Shown: positions 9,837-19,700 of the stretch, piece by piece | How positions within the stretch are numbered: the first letter of the stretch is position 1 | Layout: each line of letters starts with the position of its first letter | Origin: an uncultured Spirochaeta sp. | GTDB lineage: Bacteria > Spirochaetota > Spirochaetia > DSM-27196 > Alkalispirochaetaceae | Length of the DNA stretch: 64,000 bases | Assembly (NCBI GenBank): GCA_913030605.1 | Contig: CAJWEZ010000008.1 | Location: forward strand, 2,266 to 66,265 | Reading direction: 5' to 3' | Program-made: the position numbers and the translations under genes | Notes under the pieces: model-generated | Database searches by the model: none | Told to the model about the DNA's origin: nothing | What the model saw: only the letters and a program-made list of their open reading frames with translations

Positions 9837-10604
9837 ATGAATGACACATCCGTCCGGATACTCGGCCACCGCGGCGGCGCCGCGGGCCGCTATCCGGAGA
9901 ATTCAATACCCGCATTCCTTGATGGACGCGCCGCCGGCGCTGACGTCCTGGAACTCGACGTGCGGCTCAGCCGCGACGGGCGGGTTGTGGTGATCCACGA
10001 CGATCGAATCGACCGGGTGAGCGATGGGTCCGGAGCGGTCCACTCGCTGGGCGCGGCGGAGCTGCGGCGGGTCAGACTGCTGGACCCGAACGGCGTTCCT
10101 CACGACGGGGTGCACATTCCGGTTCTCGAGGAGGTGATGGAGGCGTGCGGCGACACCCCGCTCAACATCGACCTCAAGTCCGCGGATCACGAACTGGCCC
10201 GCGCCGTGGCAGAGATCCTGCGCCGCTACGACGCCGTTGCCCGGACCACGGTCGCAAGTTTCATTCCCGCTGCGCTCCAGTTCTTCCGATCGATCGCACC
10301 GGAGGTCGAGACGTCCGCTGCTCCCGATGAGGTCCGAGCGCTCCTGGGGGCGTTCCTTCGCCGCGAACGGCCGACCACGCCGGCGCACCGGGTTCAGATT
10401 CCTCCGCGTCACGGTCTGATTCCCCTCACGTGGAGAGGGTTCATCCGCTATCTGCATGCGGTCGACCTGGCGGTGGATGTCTGGACGATCAACGCACCGG
10501 AGGTAGCTGTGCGCCTGGCGGCGCGCGGCGTAGACGGTATCGTCACAGACGATGTCCGCACAATTCGCACAGCACTGGAGAAGCATCACCATGCAGACAC
10601 ATGA
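9837..10604 (+). CDS. Glycerophosphodiester phosphodiesterase (GDPD family)
   Basis: GHRG, YPENSIPAF, ELDVRLSRDG..VVIHD, WTIN, DGIVTD. Start chosen at ATG 9837, 7 nt after TACACT. Confidence 0.9.
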   Translation: MNDTSVRILGHRGGAAGRYPENSIPAFLDGRAAGADVLELDVRLSRDGRVVVIHDDRIDRVSDGSGAVHSLGAAELRRVRLLDPNGVPHDGVHIPVLEEVMEACGDTPLNIDLKSADHELARAVAEILRRYDAVARTTVASFIPAALQFFRSIAPEVETSAAPDEVRALLGAFLRRERPTTPAHRVQIPPRHGLIPLTWRGFIRYLHAVDLAVDVWTINAPEVAVRLAARGVDGIVTDDVRTIRTALEKHHHADT

Positions 10605-11913
10605 CTTTGTACGGTTTCTCGATGGATCCGTAAGCAGTTTTCACGCCGCCCAGCTGACCGCAGCACGCCTCGCCGAACGCGGGTTCCGGCAGCTGGAGCT
10701 CCGCGATTCGTGGAACATCTCGTCCGGGGACCGCGTGTATGTTGAGCACGGCGGGTCGGTTGTCGCGATCCGGGTCGGACGCGCGACACCTGCCGAAAGC
10801 GGAGCAATTATCGCCGCCGCCCATACCGACAGCCCGTCGCCGCAGCTGAAACCGCGATCCGCAACCGTCGCCGACGGCCTGCTGCAGGTTCCGGTGGAGG
10901 TATACGGGGGGCCTATCCTCGCCACGTGGCTCGACCGCGAACTCGGCGTTGCCGGACGAATCGTGGCGGTCGATGGGGAGGGCACGCCCCGTGTCCACCA
11001 GGTTGCGATCCGTCGCGCCATGGCGGTCATTCCGAATCTCGCGATTCATCTCAACCGCGAGGTCAACGACGGCGTGTCCTACAATCGTCAGGACCACCTC
11101 CGGGCGGTCTTCGGCCCCGCTGCGAACCCTCCCGATGGTGACCCCGAGTCGGACGAGAATTCCCCGACCCCGGAACAGCAGTTGTACGACCGTATTGCCG
11201 ACGCCGCCGGTGTCGACGCCGACACCATCGTCGATACCGAGCTGTACCTGGTACCCACCGCGCCGGCGACGGTCCTCGGAGGAGACGACGGACTCGTGGT
11301 CAGCCCCAGGATCGACAACCTCGCCGGATGCTACGCGGTGGCGGAGGCGATCGCGGCGGCCGATCCATCCGCCGACCATACCCAGGTCGCGGTCTTCTTC
11401 AATCACGAAGAGATCGGCAGCGCAACCAGCGTTGGCGCCGCCGGCGCGCTCCTCGAGTCCGTGCTTCGCCGCGTGGTGGCAGCCCTCGATGTCGCTCCCG
11501 ATGCGTGGGACCGCACGGTCGCCCGCTCGGTGCTCCTGAGCAACGACGCCGCACACGCGCGCCACCCGAACTATCCGGAGAAACACGATCCCGGATACGC
11601 CCCCCGGCTCGGAGGCGGACCGGTTGTGAAGAAGAGCGCAATCTGGCGGTACGTCGCCGATCTGGACATCTCGGGCTGGTTCGCCGCGGTCTGTCGTGAC
11701 GCCGAGGTTCCGCTCCAGTACCTGCAGAACCGCTCCGACATCCGCGCCGGATCGACGATCGGGCCGGCGGTTGCCGCGCGCCTCGGCGTGCGCGGAGTCG
11801 ACATCGGAATACCGATGCTCGCGATGCACTCGGTCCGGGAAACCGCTGCCGTCGCCGACGTGGCGAATATGATAGTCGCACTGACCCGCGCCTACGGGAG
11901 TTCGCTGCCGTGA
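10591..11913 (+). CDS. M18 family aminopeptidase (aspartyl aminopeptidase-like)
   Basis: AHTDSP, YGGPILATWLDRELG, RIDNL, HEEIGS, DAAHARHPNY, AMHSVRE. Confidence 0.93.
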   Translation: MQTHDFVRFLDGSVSSFHAAQLTAARLAERGFRQLELRDSWNISSGDRVYVEHGGSVVAIRVGRATPAESGAIIAAAHTDSPSPQLKPRSATVADGLLQVPVEVYGGPILATWLDRELGVAGRIVAVDGEGTPRVHQVAIRRAMAVIPNLAIHLNREVNDGVSYNRQDHLRAVFGPAANPPDGDPESDENSPTPEQQLYDRIADAAGVDADTIVDTELYLVPTAPATVLGGDDGLVVSPRIDNLAGCYAVAEAIAAADPSADHTQVAVFFNHEEIGSATSVGAAGALLESVLRRVVAALDVAPDAWDRTVARSVLLSNDAAHARHPNYPEKHDPGYAPRLGGGPVVKKSAIWRYVADLDISGWFAAVCRDAEVPLQYLQNRSDIRAGSTIGPAVAARLGVRGVDIGIPMLAMHSVRETAAVADVANMIVALTRAYGSSLP

Positions 11914-12392
11914 AGTACCTGACAATCGTCCGACACGCGAAATCGGCGCACCCTGGCGGGCTCGCCGACGAGGAACGCGGACTCACGGACCGGGGGCGAT
12001 CCGACGCCGAGACGATGGGACGTATGCTCGCAGGCCGTTTTCCGGATCCCCAGCTGGTCCTCGCCAGTGTCGCCACGCGAGTGAGCCAGACGGTGGAAAG
12101 CCTGTCACAGGCGGGCGCCCGCGCGTCATCCGTCGCCGAGTTTCATGATGCACTCTACCTCGCCGACGCCGAGGTGATCTGGGATTTCGCAGCCTCGGCA
12201 CTCCTCGAACACGACGATGTCTGGCTGGTTGCGCACAACCCTGGTGTCACCGAGGCAGTTGAGCTCCTCTGCGGTGCACGACTGGAAAACGTGCCCACCC
12301 TCGGAGTTGTGCGCATCGCATTCGAGGAGATCGTCATGGAGAGCCCGAACGGGAGTTTCGTCTTTTTCGATTGTCCCGCGGCGCACAGGTAG
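11910..12392 (+). CDS. sixA: SixA-type histidine phosphatase
   Basis: N-terminal RHAKS, S...R..QT, VAHNPG; GTGA overlap with upstream gene. Confidence 0.85.
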   Translation: MKYLTIVRHAKSAHPGGLADEERGLTDRGRSDAETMGRMLAGRFPDPQLVLASVATRVSQTVESLSQAGARASSVAEFHDALYLADAEVIWDFAASALLEHDDVWLVAHNPGVTEAVELLCGARLENVPTLGVVRIAFEEIVMESPNGSFVFFDCPAAHR

Positions 12393-12398
12393 TCGTCC

Positions 12399-13115
12399 GT
12401 GGAGATCTCGATCGTTCTAGTGGAACCCGCTCGTCCCGGAAACGTGGGAGCTGCCGCCCGGGCGATGAACACGATGGGGTTTCGGGACCTGCGAATCGTA
12501 GGCGCACCGGGGATCCGGCACGAGGCAACCGCCCGTGCGTTTGCCCATGGCTCGACGGAGATTCTTGAGAACGCGCGGAGCTGCGAATCCCTGGAACACG
12601 CTCTCCGCGACGTTGAACTGGCCGTCGCCACCACCGGACGGCGCCGGGGTAAACGGCGGGATTACTACACCCCCGACGACCTGCGGGACATGATCGCCAA
12701 CGGGGATCGTGGGAGTCGCGTTGCCCTGGTGTTCGGCCGCGAGGAGAGTGGACTCAGCAACGCCGAACTCCACCGGTGTCAGATCGTGAGCCTGGTCCCC
12801 ATGCGTGCGCCGTATCCGTCTCTCAACCTGGGGCAGGCGGTGATGGTGTATGCCTACGCCCTCTCGCCGCTCACCGTGGATGCAGCGAAGCCCCGCCAGC
12901 GGGATGCCGATCCCCGCAGCGTGCAGGCTCTGGTGGACAAGGCACACCGGATTCTTCCGGCGTTGGGATTCGACACCGGACGGGCGCGGTTTCACCGCAT
13001 GGTGGAACGGATCGGTGCCGCGGGGCAGACCGATGTGAACCTCATGCACTCGATCGCAACCGCGATCGAACACCGACTCCTCGGCGACGACAGAACCGCC
13101 GACTCGGACGGCTGA
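12399..13115 (+). CDS. SPOUT tRNA/rRNA methyltransferase (TrmJ/LasT-like)
   Basis: GNVGAAARAM, VFGREESGLSN.EL, SLNLGQAV. Confidence 0.9.
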   Translation: MEISIVLVEPARPGNVGAAARAMNTMGFRDLRIVGAPGIRHEATARAFAHGSTEILENARSCESLEHALRDVELAVATTGRRRGKRRDYYTPDDLRDMIANGDRGSRVALVFGREESGLSNAELHRCQIVSLVPMRAPYPSLNLGQAVMVYAYALSPLTVDAAKPRQRDADPRSVQALVDKAHRILPALGFDTGRARFHRMVERIGAAGQTDVNLMHSIATAIEHRLLGDDRTADSDG

Positions 13116-13164
13116 TCCGGGCGACGGGGCGACCCGGTCCGCGGGCCGCTGGTGCGGGGAAGGC

Positions 13165-13812
13165 CTAACTGACGGTGGCCTCGACGGCACGCCACAATGC
13201 CCCGGGCGGATACGCCGCCCGCAGCGGTATGGAAAGCGGCACGGCGGGGTGCGGGATCACCAGGCCCGCGGCGAGCAGCGCAATGCCCCCGTCCCGCAGG
13301 GGACGGCGCGCACCGTACTTGGTGTCGCCAACCACCGGACACCCATGGTGCGCGAGCTGCGCCCGAATCTGGTGGTGCCGACCCGTCCCCAGACGGACAC
13401 GGAGCACCGTGTGGTGGTCTGTGGCGCCCACCGTCTCGTAGGAAAGGCGCGCCACGCGACCGCCGGCGGCGATCCTGCTGCGATTCGACGCACCATCCAC
13501 GACGATTTCATCGACAAGCTCTCCCGCCGACGGATCGGGCGGTGACGACACCACCGCCAGGTACTCGCGTTCCACCCGCCCCTCGCGAAACGCATCCTGC
13601 AGCGTTCTGAACGCCTCAGCGCCCCGGGCAAGAACCACGAGCCCCGCCACGGGCTGGTCGATCCGGTGAGCCGGCTGCAGGTCGCCGTCGCCCACCACAC
13701 GCCGCCACCGGGCGAGGAGGGCATTTTGGTCGCGCCGGCGGCCCTGGACCGCCTCTCCCGCGTCCTTGTCAACGACGACCATCCACCGATCGAGATACAC
13801 CAGACGACTCAT
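13165..13812 (-). CDS. RluA-family pseudouridine synthase (short, no S4 domain)
   Basis: HRIDQPVAG (catalytic Asp), TGRHHQIRAQL, PVVGDTKYG. Start ATG 13812 (MSRLVYLD), 7 nt after minus-strand TATACT. Confidence 0.9.
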   Translation of the reverse strand: MSRLVYLDRWMVVVDKDAGEAVQGRRRDQNALLARWRRVVGDGDLQPAHRIDQPVAGLVVLARGAEAFRTLQDAFREGRVEREYLAVVSSPPDPSAGELVDEIVVDGASNRSRIAAGGRVARLSYETVGATDHHTVLRVRLGTGRHHQIRAQLAHHGCPVVGDTKYGARRPLRDGGIALLAAGLVIPHPAVPLSIPLRAAYPPGALWRAVEATVS

Positions 13813-13867
13813 GCCGCGCAGTATACACGGATACACACGTGCGCCGATACCGTGGCATACTGCCGGC

Positions 13868-14650
13868 GTGAGGATTGTCCAGATCACCGATCTCCACCTC
13901 GACCTGGAGGAACGCACGCCCCACGGCATCGACGTGTGGGAAAACGCCCGGTGGGCGGTCGCCACCGCCCGCGATGCACGACCCGACCTGGTCGTCGTTT
14001 CGGGCGACCTGGCGCTGCACTACGGGTCGCCGGAACTGTACGCCGCGCTCCCGCCGCTGTTCGCCGGTCTGGGGTGCGACTACCTGCTCCTCCCGGGAAA
14101 CCACGATGATCGCAGCGCCTTCGGGGCCGCCTTCGGCCGCCGCTACGCCCTCCGGGAAGACACTCCGTGGCTCGATCGTCAGGTTGACGCAGGCGGGGTA
14201 CCGATGCTGCTGCTGGACTCGTCGGCGGGCCGTCTCGAGGAGCGGCAGCTCGCGTGGGTCGACGCCGTCCTGACGGCCCGCACTGCCGCCGCCGCCCGCG
14301 GGGCGGGGCCACCCGGTGTGCTCGTTTGGATCCATCATCCGGTACTTACGGGATTCCACCGCTATATGGACGGCGCCTATCCCCTGCAAAACGCCGACGC
14401 CGTGCGGGCCGTACTCACCCGGCACCGACGGGCGCTCTCGATCGAGCTTTTTTGTGGCCACTACCACTGCGAGGACAGTCGCGTCGACGGGATCCGACAG
14501 CACACCACGCCATCGACGTACATGCAAATCGACCCCGAACCGGAGGAGTTTCGTGTGCTCCCCGGTGGTCCGGCCATCCGTATCGTCGATGTCGACACCG
14601 CCGGCGCGGTCGAGACCGTCGTCGTCTATCGCGATGAGCGATTCGACTGA
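13868..14650 (+). CDS. Metallophosphoesterase (CpdA/Icc-like)
   Basis: DLH, VSGDL, PGNHD, IHHP, CGHYH calcineurin-like motifs; GTG start 6 nt after CATACT. Confidence 0.88.
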   Translation: MRIVQITDLHLDLEERTPHGIDVWENARWAVATARDARPDLVVVSGDLALHYGSPELYAALPPLFAGLGCDYLLLPGNHDDRSAFGAAFGRRYALREDTPWLDRQVDAGGVPMLLLDSSAGRLEERQLAWVDAVLTARTAAAARGAGPPGVLVWIHHPVLTGFHRYMDGAYPLQNADAVRAVLTRHRRALSIELFCGHYHCEDSRVDGIRQHTTPSTYMQIDPEPEEFRVLPGGPAIRIVDVDTAGAVETVVVYRDERFD

Positions 14651-15380
14651 GCGCAAGCCGTCACCGAGTCGGCAGGGCGTGGACGCCGTCCTGCTGCGCC
14701 TTCGTCGCGCACCGCCGAAAACCGAACGCGAGGTCGACCGGGTCTACCGACGGTTGCTGCGGGAGACCCACCCCGATCACTCCGGCGACGACGGTGCGCT
14801 GTTTCTGTACGTGCAGGAAGAGTTCGCGCAGTTCCGCGAGGAATGGATGGCTGCGCGCGCCCGGCGGCAGGCGGCCGATGCCGTCGATCCCACCGCACTT
14901 CTTGTCGATCTGGGGCTTCCACAGTCGCTGGCTCCGCGTCCCGCGCTGTTTGCTGCTCTCTACCGGTTTCGGTCCCTCGGCCTGGCGAACTACCGGGTAC
15001 GGTCGCGTCCCTCGCTCCGGCGACGAAACGCAACGGTCGTCCGCACTGTGGTTGCCTGGGCCTACGAGTACGACGAACGCTTCGTCGGGGTGTTTCACCG
15101 GTTCCTGCTGCACCACGGCCATTTTGCGCTCGCGGAGCGCCACGCGCCGCTATACTTCCTGGTGCGAAAGATGATTCTCAAGGGGATGGATGGTCTGATC
15201 CGCTATCAGGACCACCACCGTCCCGCGACCGCCGATATCGCCCGGGACACGATCCGTTACGCGATCGCCATCTCCAGCGGGTACGCCGGTGATCCCGCGT
15301 TCGCCGCCCTTCTTGACCTTGGCCGGTGGATTCTCGGCGAACTGGAACGCCCCCCGGAGCGAATCGGTCTCGACGGATAG
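14634..15380 (+). CDS. J-domain-like (HPD) protein with uncharacterised helical C-terminus
   Basis: EREVDRVYRRLLRETHPDHSGDDGALFLYVQEEF resembles J-domain helix II-HPD-helix III; overlaps the upstream gene by 17 nt. Confidence 0.62.
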   Translation: MSDSTERKPSPSRQGVDAVLLRLRRAPPKTEREVDRVYRRLLRETHPDHSGDDGALFLYVQEEFAQFREEWMAARARRQAADAVDPTALLVDLGLPQSLAPRPALFAALYRFRSLGLANYRVRSRPSLRRRNATVVRTVVAWAYEYDERFVGVFHRFLLHHGHFALAERHAPLYFLVRKMILKGMDGLIRYQDHHRPATADIARDTIRYAIAISSGYAGDPAFAALLDLGRWILGELERPPERIGLDG

Positions 15381-15429
15381 GCCCGCGGCAAGGTTTTCAC
15401 CGTCCGCCGATTTCGGGTATTCTCAGAGC

Positions 15430-16008
15430 ATGGCAACACCAGATCGGGAACAGGCCCTCGCGCTCCTGCACGAGTACACGAAGAGCGAAAACCTCATCCA
15501 CCATGCGAAAGCCGTGGAGGCAACGATGCGGCACTTCGCCGCCCGCTACGGTGAGGATCAGGACAAGTGGGGCATCATCGGCCTGGTCCACGACCTCGAC
15601 TGGGACCAGTTCCCGGAGCAGCACTGCGCCAAGACGACCGAGATTCTGCAGAACCACGGATGGCCGGAAGACTACATTCGGGCCGTTCGCAGCCACGCGT
15701 GGGGCATGTTCACCGACGACAAGCCCGAACACCGCATGGAGAAGGTACTCTACACGATCGACGAGCTCACCGGGCTCATCACGGCGACAGCCCTGGTTCG
15801 ACCGTCGAAGAGCATCCTGGACATGAAACCGAAGTCCGTGAAGAAGAAATGGAAGGAAAAAAGCTTCGCCGCCGGCGCCAACCGGGAGCTGATCGCCGCC
15901 GGCGCCGAGATCCTCGGAGAGCCCCTCGATGAGGTGATCGCCGAGACCCTCACCGGCATGCAGGCGGTGGCGGCCGAGATCGGGCTCGCCGGCGATCAGG
16001 AGCACTGA
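15430..16008 (+). CDS. HD-superfamily hydrolase (COG2316-like)
   Basis: H..AVE..MR, GLVHDLD, DELTGLI.A.ALVRP, KSVKKKWKEKSFAAG. Confidence 0.88.
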   Translation: MATPDREQALALLHEYTKSENLIHHAKAVEATMRHFAARYGEDQDKWGIIGLVHDLDWDQFPEQHCAKTTEILQNHGWPEDYIRAVRSHAWGMFTDDKPEHRMEKVLYTIDELTGLITATALVRPSKSILDMKPKSVKKKWKEKSFAAGANRELIAAGAEILGEPLDEVIAETLTGMQAVAAEIGLAGDQEH

Positions 16009-16009
16009 G

Positions 16010-16357
16010 ATGCCGCTGCTTGAAATTCGCACCAACGTCGACCTCGCACCGGAGGAGCGGCGAGCGCTTCTCGACACCGCCTCCGTGCGCACGGCGGAGC
16101 TCCTGGGCAAACCGGAGTCCTACGTCATGGTGATCGTGGAAGGCGGTATGGACCTGCGATTCGGTGGATCGGCCGACCCCGCGTGCCTGCTGACCCTGAA
16201 GAGCCTCGGCCTGCCCGAGGAACGTACACCGGAAATCACCCGCGCGCTTTCAGCACTGATGAACGAGTGCTGTACGATCCCCGCCAACCGCGTGTACGTC
16301 GAATTTGCGTCGCCGCCACGGCACATGTGGGGGTTCGACAACACCACCTTCGGTTGA
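16010..16357 (+). CDS. MIF / phenylpyruvate tautomerase family protein
   Basis: 115 aa; Met-Pro start (catalytic Pro1), [28 protein letters not shown], all typical of the MIF fold. Confidence 0.88.
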   Translation: MPLLEIRTNVDLAPEERRALLDTASVRTAELLGKPESYVMVIVEGGMDLRFGGSADPACLLTLKSLGLPEERTPEITRALSALMNECCTIPANRVYVEFASPPRHMWGFDNTTFG

Positions 16358-16377
16358 ATCACAAGAGGAGTACGGAA

Positions 16378-18090
16378 ATGTCTCACGAGGAAACGTCCGC
16401 CACGGACCGCACGGGTCTCGACTTTGTCCGCACCGCGGTTGCGGAGGATCGGGCCGCCGGAAAAAACGACGGCCGGGTACACACCCGGTTTCCCCCGGAG
16501 CCCAACGGGTACCTGCACATCGGACACGCGAAGTCGATCGTTCTCAACTTCGGCATCGCCGAGGATTTCGGCGGCGTTTGCAATCTTCGGTTCGACGACA
16601 CCAATCCCACGCGGGAGGAAGTCGAATACGTGGACTCAATCCAGAACGACATCCGCTGGCTGGGATACGACTGGGAAGACCGACTGTTCTACGCCTCCGA
16701 CTACTTCGAACAGCTCTACGCGTGGGCGGAACACCTGATCCGCGAAGGTCATGCGTACGTCGACGAGCTGAGCGCCGAAGAGATCCGTGAGTACCGTGGC
16801 ACGCCCACGGAACCCGGCAGGAACAGTCCCTGGCGGGACCGGCCGATCGAGGAGAGCCTCGATCTCTTCCACCGCATGCGGGCGGGGGAGTTCGCCGACG
16901 GCGCGCTCATCCTGCGTGCCAAGATCGACATGGCGCATCCCAACATCAACATGCGCGACCCGGCCCTTTACCGCATCCGGCACGCCCATCACCATCGGAC
17001 CGGAGACACCTGGTGCATCTACCCGACGTACGACTTTGCCCACGGCCAGTCCGATGCCATCGAGGGGATCACGCATTCGATCTGCACCCTCGAGTTCGAG
17101 AACCATCGGCCGCTCTACGAGTGGCTCATCGACCATCTCCCGGTACCGTCCACGCCGCGGCAGATCGAGTTTGCCCGCCTCAACCTGACCTACACGGTCA
17201 TGAGCAAGCGCAAACTGCTGCGCCTGGTACAGGAAGGGTTTGTCGACGGCTGGGACGACCCGCGTATGCCGACGATCAGCGGGCTGCGTCGGCGCGGGTA
17301 CACCCCCGAGGCGATCAAGGCGTTCTGCAGGCGCATCGGCGTGTCCAAGACGAACAGTACGGTGGACCTGGCGCTGCTGGAGTTCAGTCTCCGGGAGGAC
17401 CTGAACCCCAGAGCGCACCGCTATATGGCGGTCACCGATCCGGTCAAGCTCACGGTGACCAACTGGCCCGAGGGCCAGGTCGACTGGTTTGAGGCCGAGA
17501 ATAACCCCGAGGATCCCACGGCGGGCACGCACTCCGTACCGTTCACCGGTTCACTGTACGTGGAGCGGGAGGACTACATGGACGACCCGCCCCGGAAGTG
17601 GTTCCGCCTGGGCATTGGACGGGAAGTGCGCCTGAAGTACGCATACTTCGTGTCCTGCACGGACGTCGTCCGCGACGCTGACGGCACCGTGACCGAGATT
17701 CTCTGCACCTACGATCCCGAAACGCGTGGCGGCGACAGCCCCGACGGTCGAAAGGTCAAAGGCACGCTCCACTGGGTCTCTCGGGATCACGGGGTGCCGG
17801 CCGAGTTCCGACTCTACGAGCCGCTGTTTACGCAGGAGGACCCCGACGATATCGGGCCGGACGCGGACTTCACCGACGGCCTCAACCCACAGTCCAGGAC
17901 CGTGCTTCAGGGTGTGATCGAACCCGCTCTCGCGGAGGCCGCCCCGGAGAACCCGGTTCAGTTCCTCCGGCTGGGATACTACGTCAACGACGCCAGAGAC
18001 AGCAGCCCGGATCGACTCGTTTTCAACCGTGCGGTCACCCTCAAGGACAGCTGGGCCCGCGTGGTCCGCAATCGCCGGGAAAACGAGTAG
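16378..18090 (+). CDS. glnS: Glutamine--tRNA ligase
   Basis: [59 protein letters not shown]; AGAGGAG SD; no YqeY tail. Confidence 0.96.
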   Translation: MSHEETSATDRTGLDFVRTAVAEDRAAGKNDGRVHTRFPPEPNGYLHIGHAKSIVLNFGIAEDFGGVCNLRFDDTNPTREEVEYVDSIQNDIRWLGYDWEDRLFYASDYFEQLYAWAEHLIREGHAYVDELSAEEIREYRGTPTEPGRNSPWRDRPIEESLDLFHRMRAGEFADGALILRAKIDMAHPNINMRDPALYRIRHAHHHRTGDTWCIYPTYDFAHGQSDAIEGITHSICTLEFENHRPLYEWLIDHLPVPSTPRQIEFARLNLTYTVMSKRKLLRLVQEGFVDGWDDPRMPTISGLRRRGYTPEAIKAFCRRIGVSKTNSTVDLALLEFSLREDLNPRAHRYMAVTDPVKLTVTNWPEGQVDWFEAENNPEDPTAGTHSVPFTGSLYVEREDYMDDPPRKWFRLGIGREVRLKYAYFVSCTDVVRDADGTVTEILCTYDPETRGGDSPDGRKVKGTLHWVSRDHGVPAEFRLYEPLFTQEDPDDIGPDADFTDGLNPQSRTVLQGVIEPALAEAAPENPVQFLRLGYYVNDARDSSPDRLVFNRAVTLKDSWARVVRNRRENE

Positions 18091-18092
18091 CA

Positions 18093-19700
18093 GTGGCACC
18101 ATCGCGTCTGGCGGTCGGCGTCCGGCGTCCCGCGACGCTCACCGAGCTCCTTCGGGCCTCCGCCGGACCCGTGGGGATAGACCTCGAGGCAGCCTCGGGT
18201 CGCGCCGGGCGTCTGGACGAGGCACTGGCCGCCGGGCGCGCCGTCTACGGGTACTCCACCGGTTTCGGCGCTCTGGCGTCCCATGCGGCACACGACGACG
18301 ACCGACAGCACCAGCTCGCCCTTGTCCATCATCTTGCCACCGGCACCGGAGATCCGTTGCCGCCGCGGGCGGCGCGGGCCCTGGTGTTCGACCGGCTGGT
18401 CACGCTCTCGCGGGGCCACAGCGCCGCCTCCGATGACCTCCTGCGGGCACTTGCCGTCGTCCTCGCAACCGACGGCGCGCCGGCGATTCCACGCTACGGT
18501 TCCGTCGGGGCCAGCGGAGATCTCACGCCGCTGGCACACCTCGCGATGGCGCTCGCCGGCGACGGAACGTGGCTCAACCCCGACGGTAGCCCCGCAGACC
18601 CTCGGCCCGACGGGCTGCAGCGATACGAATTCTCGCGGCGCGATGCACTCGCCCTCGTCAACGGAACCAGTGCGAGCAACGCTCTGGCCTCCCTCGCGTT
18701 CTGGGACCTTGCGATGCTCATCCCGATCGCTTTCGAGAGCATGGCGCTCATGGTCCGTTCCATGGGCCTCGCCGAGGAGGCGATGGCGGAGCCGATCCAC
18801 CGACTCCGGGGCCAGCCCGGACAGGTGGCGGTCGCCGACGTGCTCCGCGAACGGCTGGCGCAGGCGCCTGTTGCCCGCGACGACGGCACCGGCGCCGGCG
18901 GCCATCACGCTTCCCACGAACGATCGATTCAGGCGGCGTACAGCTTCCGGTGTATTCCGCAGATCCTGGGGCCGACCGTTGAGGCCGTACGCGCCGTGGC
19001 GGCAACACTCGAGCGCGAGTTGAACGCCGTCACCGACAATCCCGTGTTCGACGAACCGGGGACCGTGTACCACGGCGGCAACTTTCACGGGCAGTACGTG
19101 GCCGAGGCGTCCGATCGTCTCGCCTTCGCCGCCGCAACCACCGCCGGCCTGATGGAACGCCAGATCGCCCGCGTCACCGATCCGCTCCTCAACCACGGAT
19201 TGCCACCGTTTCTCACCGGTGCCGCCGCCGGCGGACATTCCGGGTTCATGGGACTCCAGGTCAGCGCGACCGCACTGACCGCTGAGATCAGCGCGTCGGC
19301 GCAGCGACGCTACGCGCTGGAAAGCCGGTCGACGAACGGCGCCAACCAGGATGTCGTGAGCATGAGTACCCTTGCTGCGCTCGCACTGTACGAGACGATC
19401 CCGCGGCTGAGGGAACTGACGGCGATGCACGCGATCGTTGCGGTGCAGGCCGCAGAGCTGGCGGGCCTGGTGGGGGAGGATGCGCCGCTTCAAAAGGCGG
19501 TGCGGACCGTTTCACCCGCCCTGAACGGCGATCGGCCGCTGTCCGCGGAGATCCGTGACGTTGCCGACGATCTCGCCGGCCTCACGGGGGCACAGAAAAG
19601 CCCCCGGCACCGCGACCAGTGTCACGCATACCGGGGGCTCGTCGGGGCATCCTGGAACGCGCTGTTTCCAGACCGTCCGTTTCCCGATCTCAGCTCGTGA
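18093..19700 (+). CDS. MIO-dependent aromatic amino-acid ammonia-lyase, tyrosine ammonia-lyase (TAL)-like
   Basis: [33 protein letters not shown] (ASG = MIO), [41 protein letters not shown]. Confidence 0.9.
   Translation: MAPSRLAVGVRRPATLTELLRASAGPVGIDLEAASGRAGRLDEALAAGRAVYGYSTGFGALASHAAHDDDRQHQLALVHHLATGTGDPLPPRAARALVFDRLVTLSRGHSAASDDLLRALAVVLATDGAPAIPRYGSVGASGDLTPLAHLAMALAGDGTWLNPDGSPADPRPDGLQRYEFSRRDALALVNGTSASNALASLAFWDLAMLIPIAFESMALMVRSMGLAEEAMAEPIHRLRGQPGQVAVADVLRERLAQAPVARDDGTGAGGHHASHERSIQAAYSFRCIPQILGPTVEAVRAVAATLERELNAVTDNPVFDEPGTVYHGGNFHGQYVAEASDRLAFAAATTAGLMERQIARVTDPLLNHGLPPFLTGAAAGGHSGFMGLQVSATALTAEISASAQRRYALESRSTNGANQDVVSMSTLAALALYETIPRLRELTAMHAIVAVQAAELAGLVGEDAPLQKAVRTVSPALNGDRPLSAEIRDVADDLAGLTGAQKSPRHRDQCHAYRGLVGASWNALFPDRPFPDLSS

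Noticed and set aside
14316-14633. ORF-track N-terminal extensions (14316, 9741, 13766, 13965, 15289, 16183, 25907, 34721, 37872, 40980, 42548, 45559, 46445, 53685)
   Set aside because: They overlap upstream genes or promoters and lack family similarity; downstream starts with an SD, translational coupling or -10 geometry fit better.
18093-19700. Annotation as histidine ammonia-lyase (hutH)
   Set aside because: Selectivity loop is HH (TAL type) rather than SH, and hutU/I/G are absent from the window.
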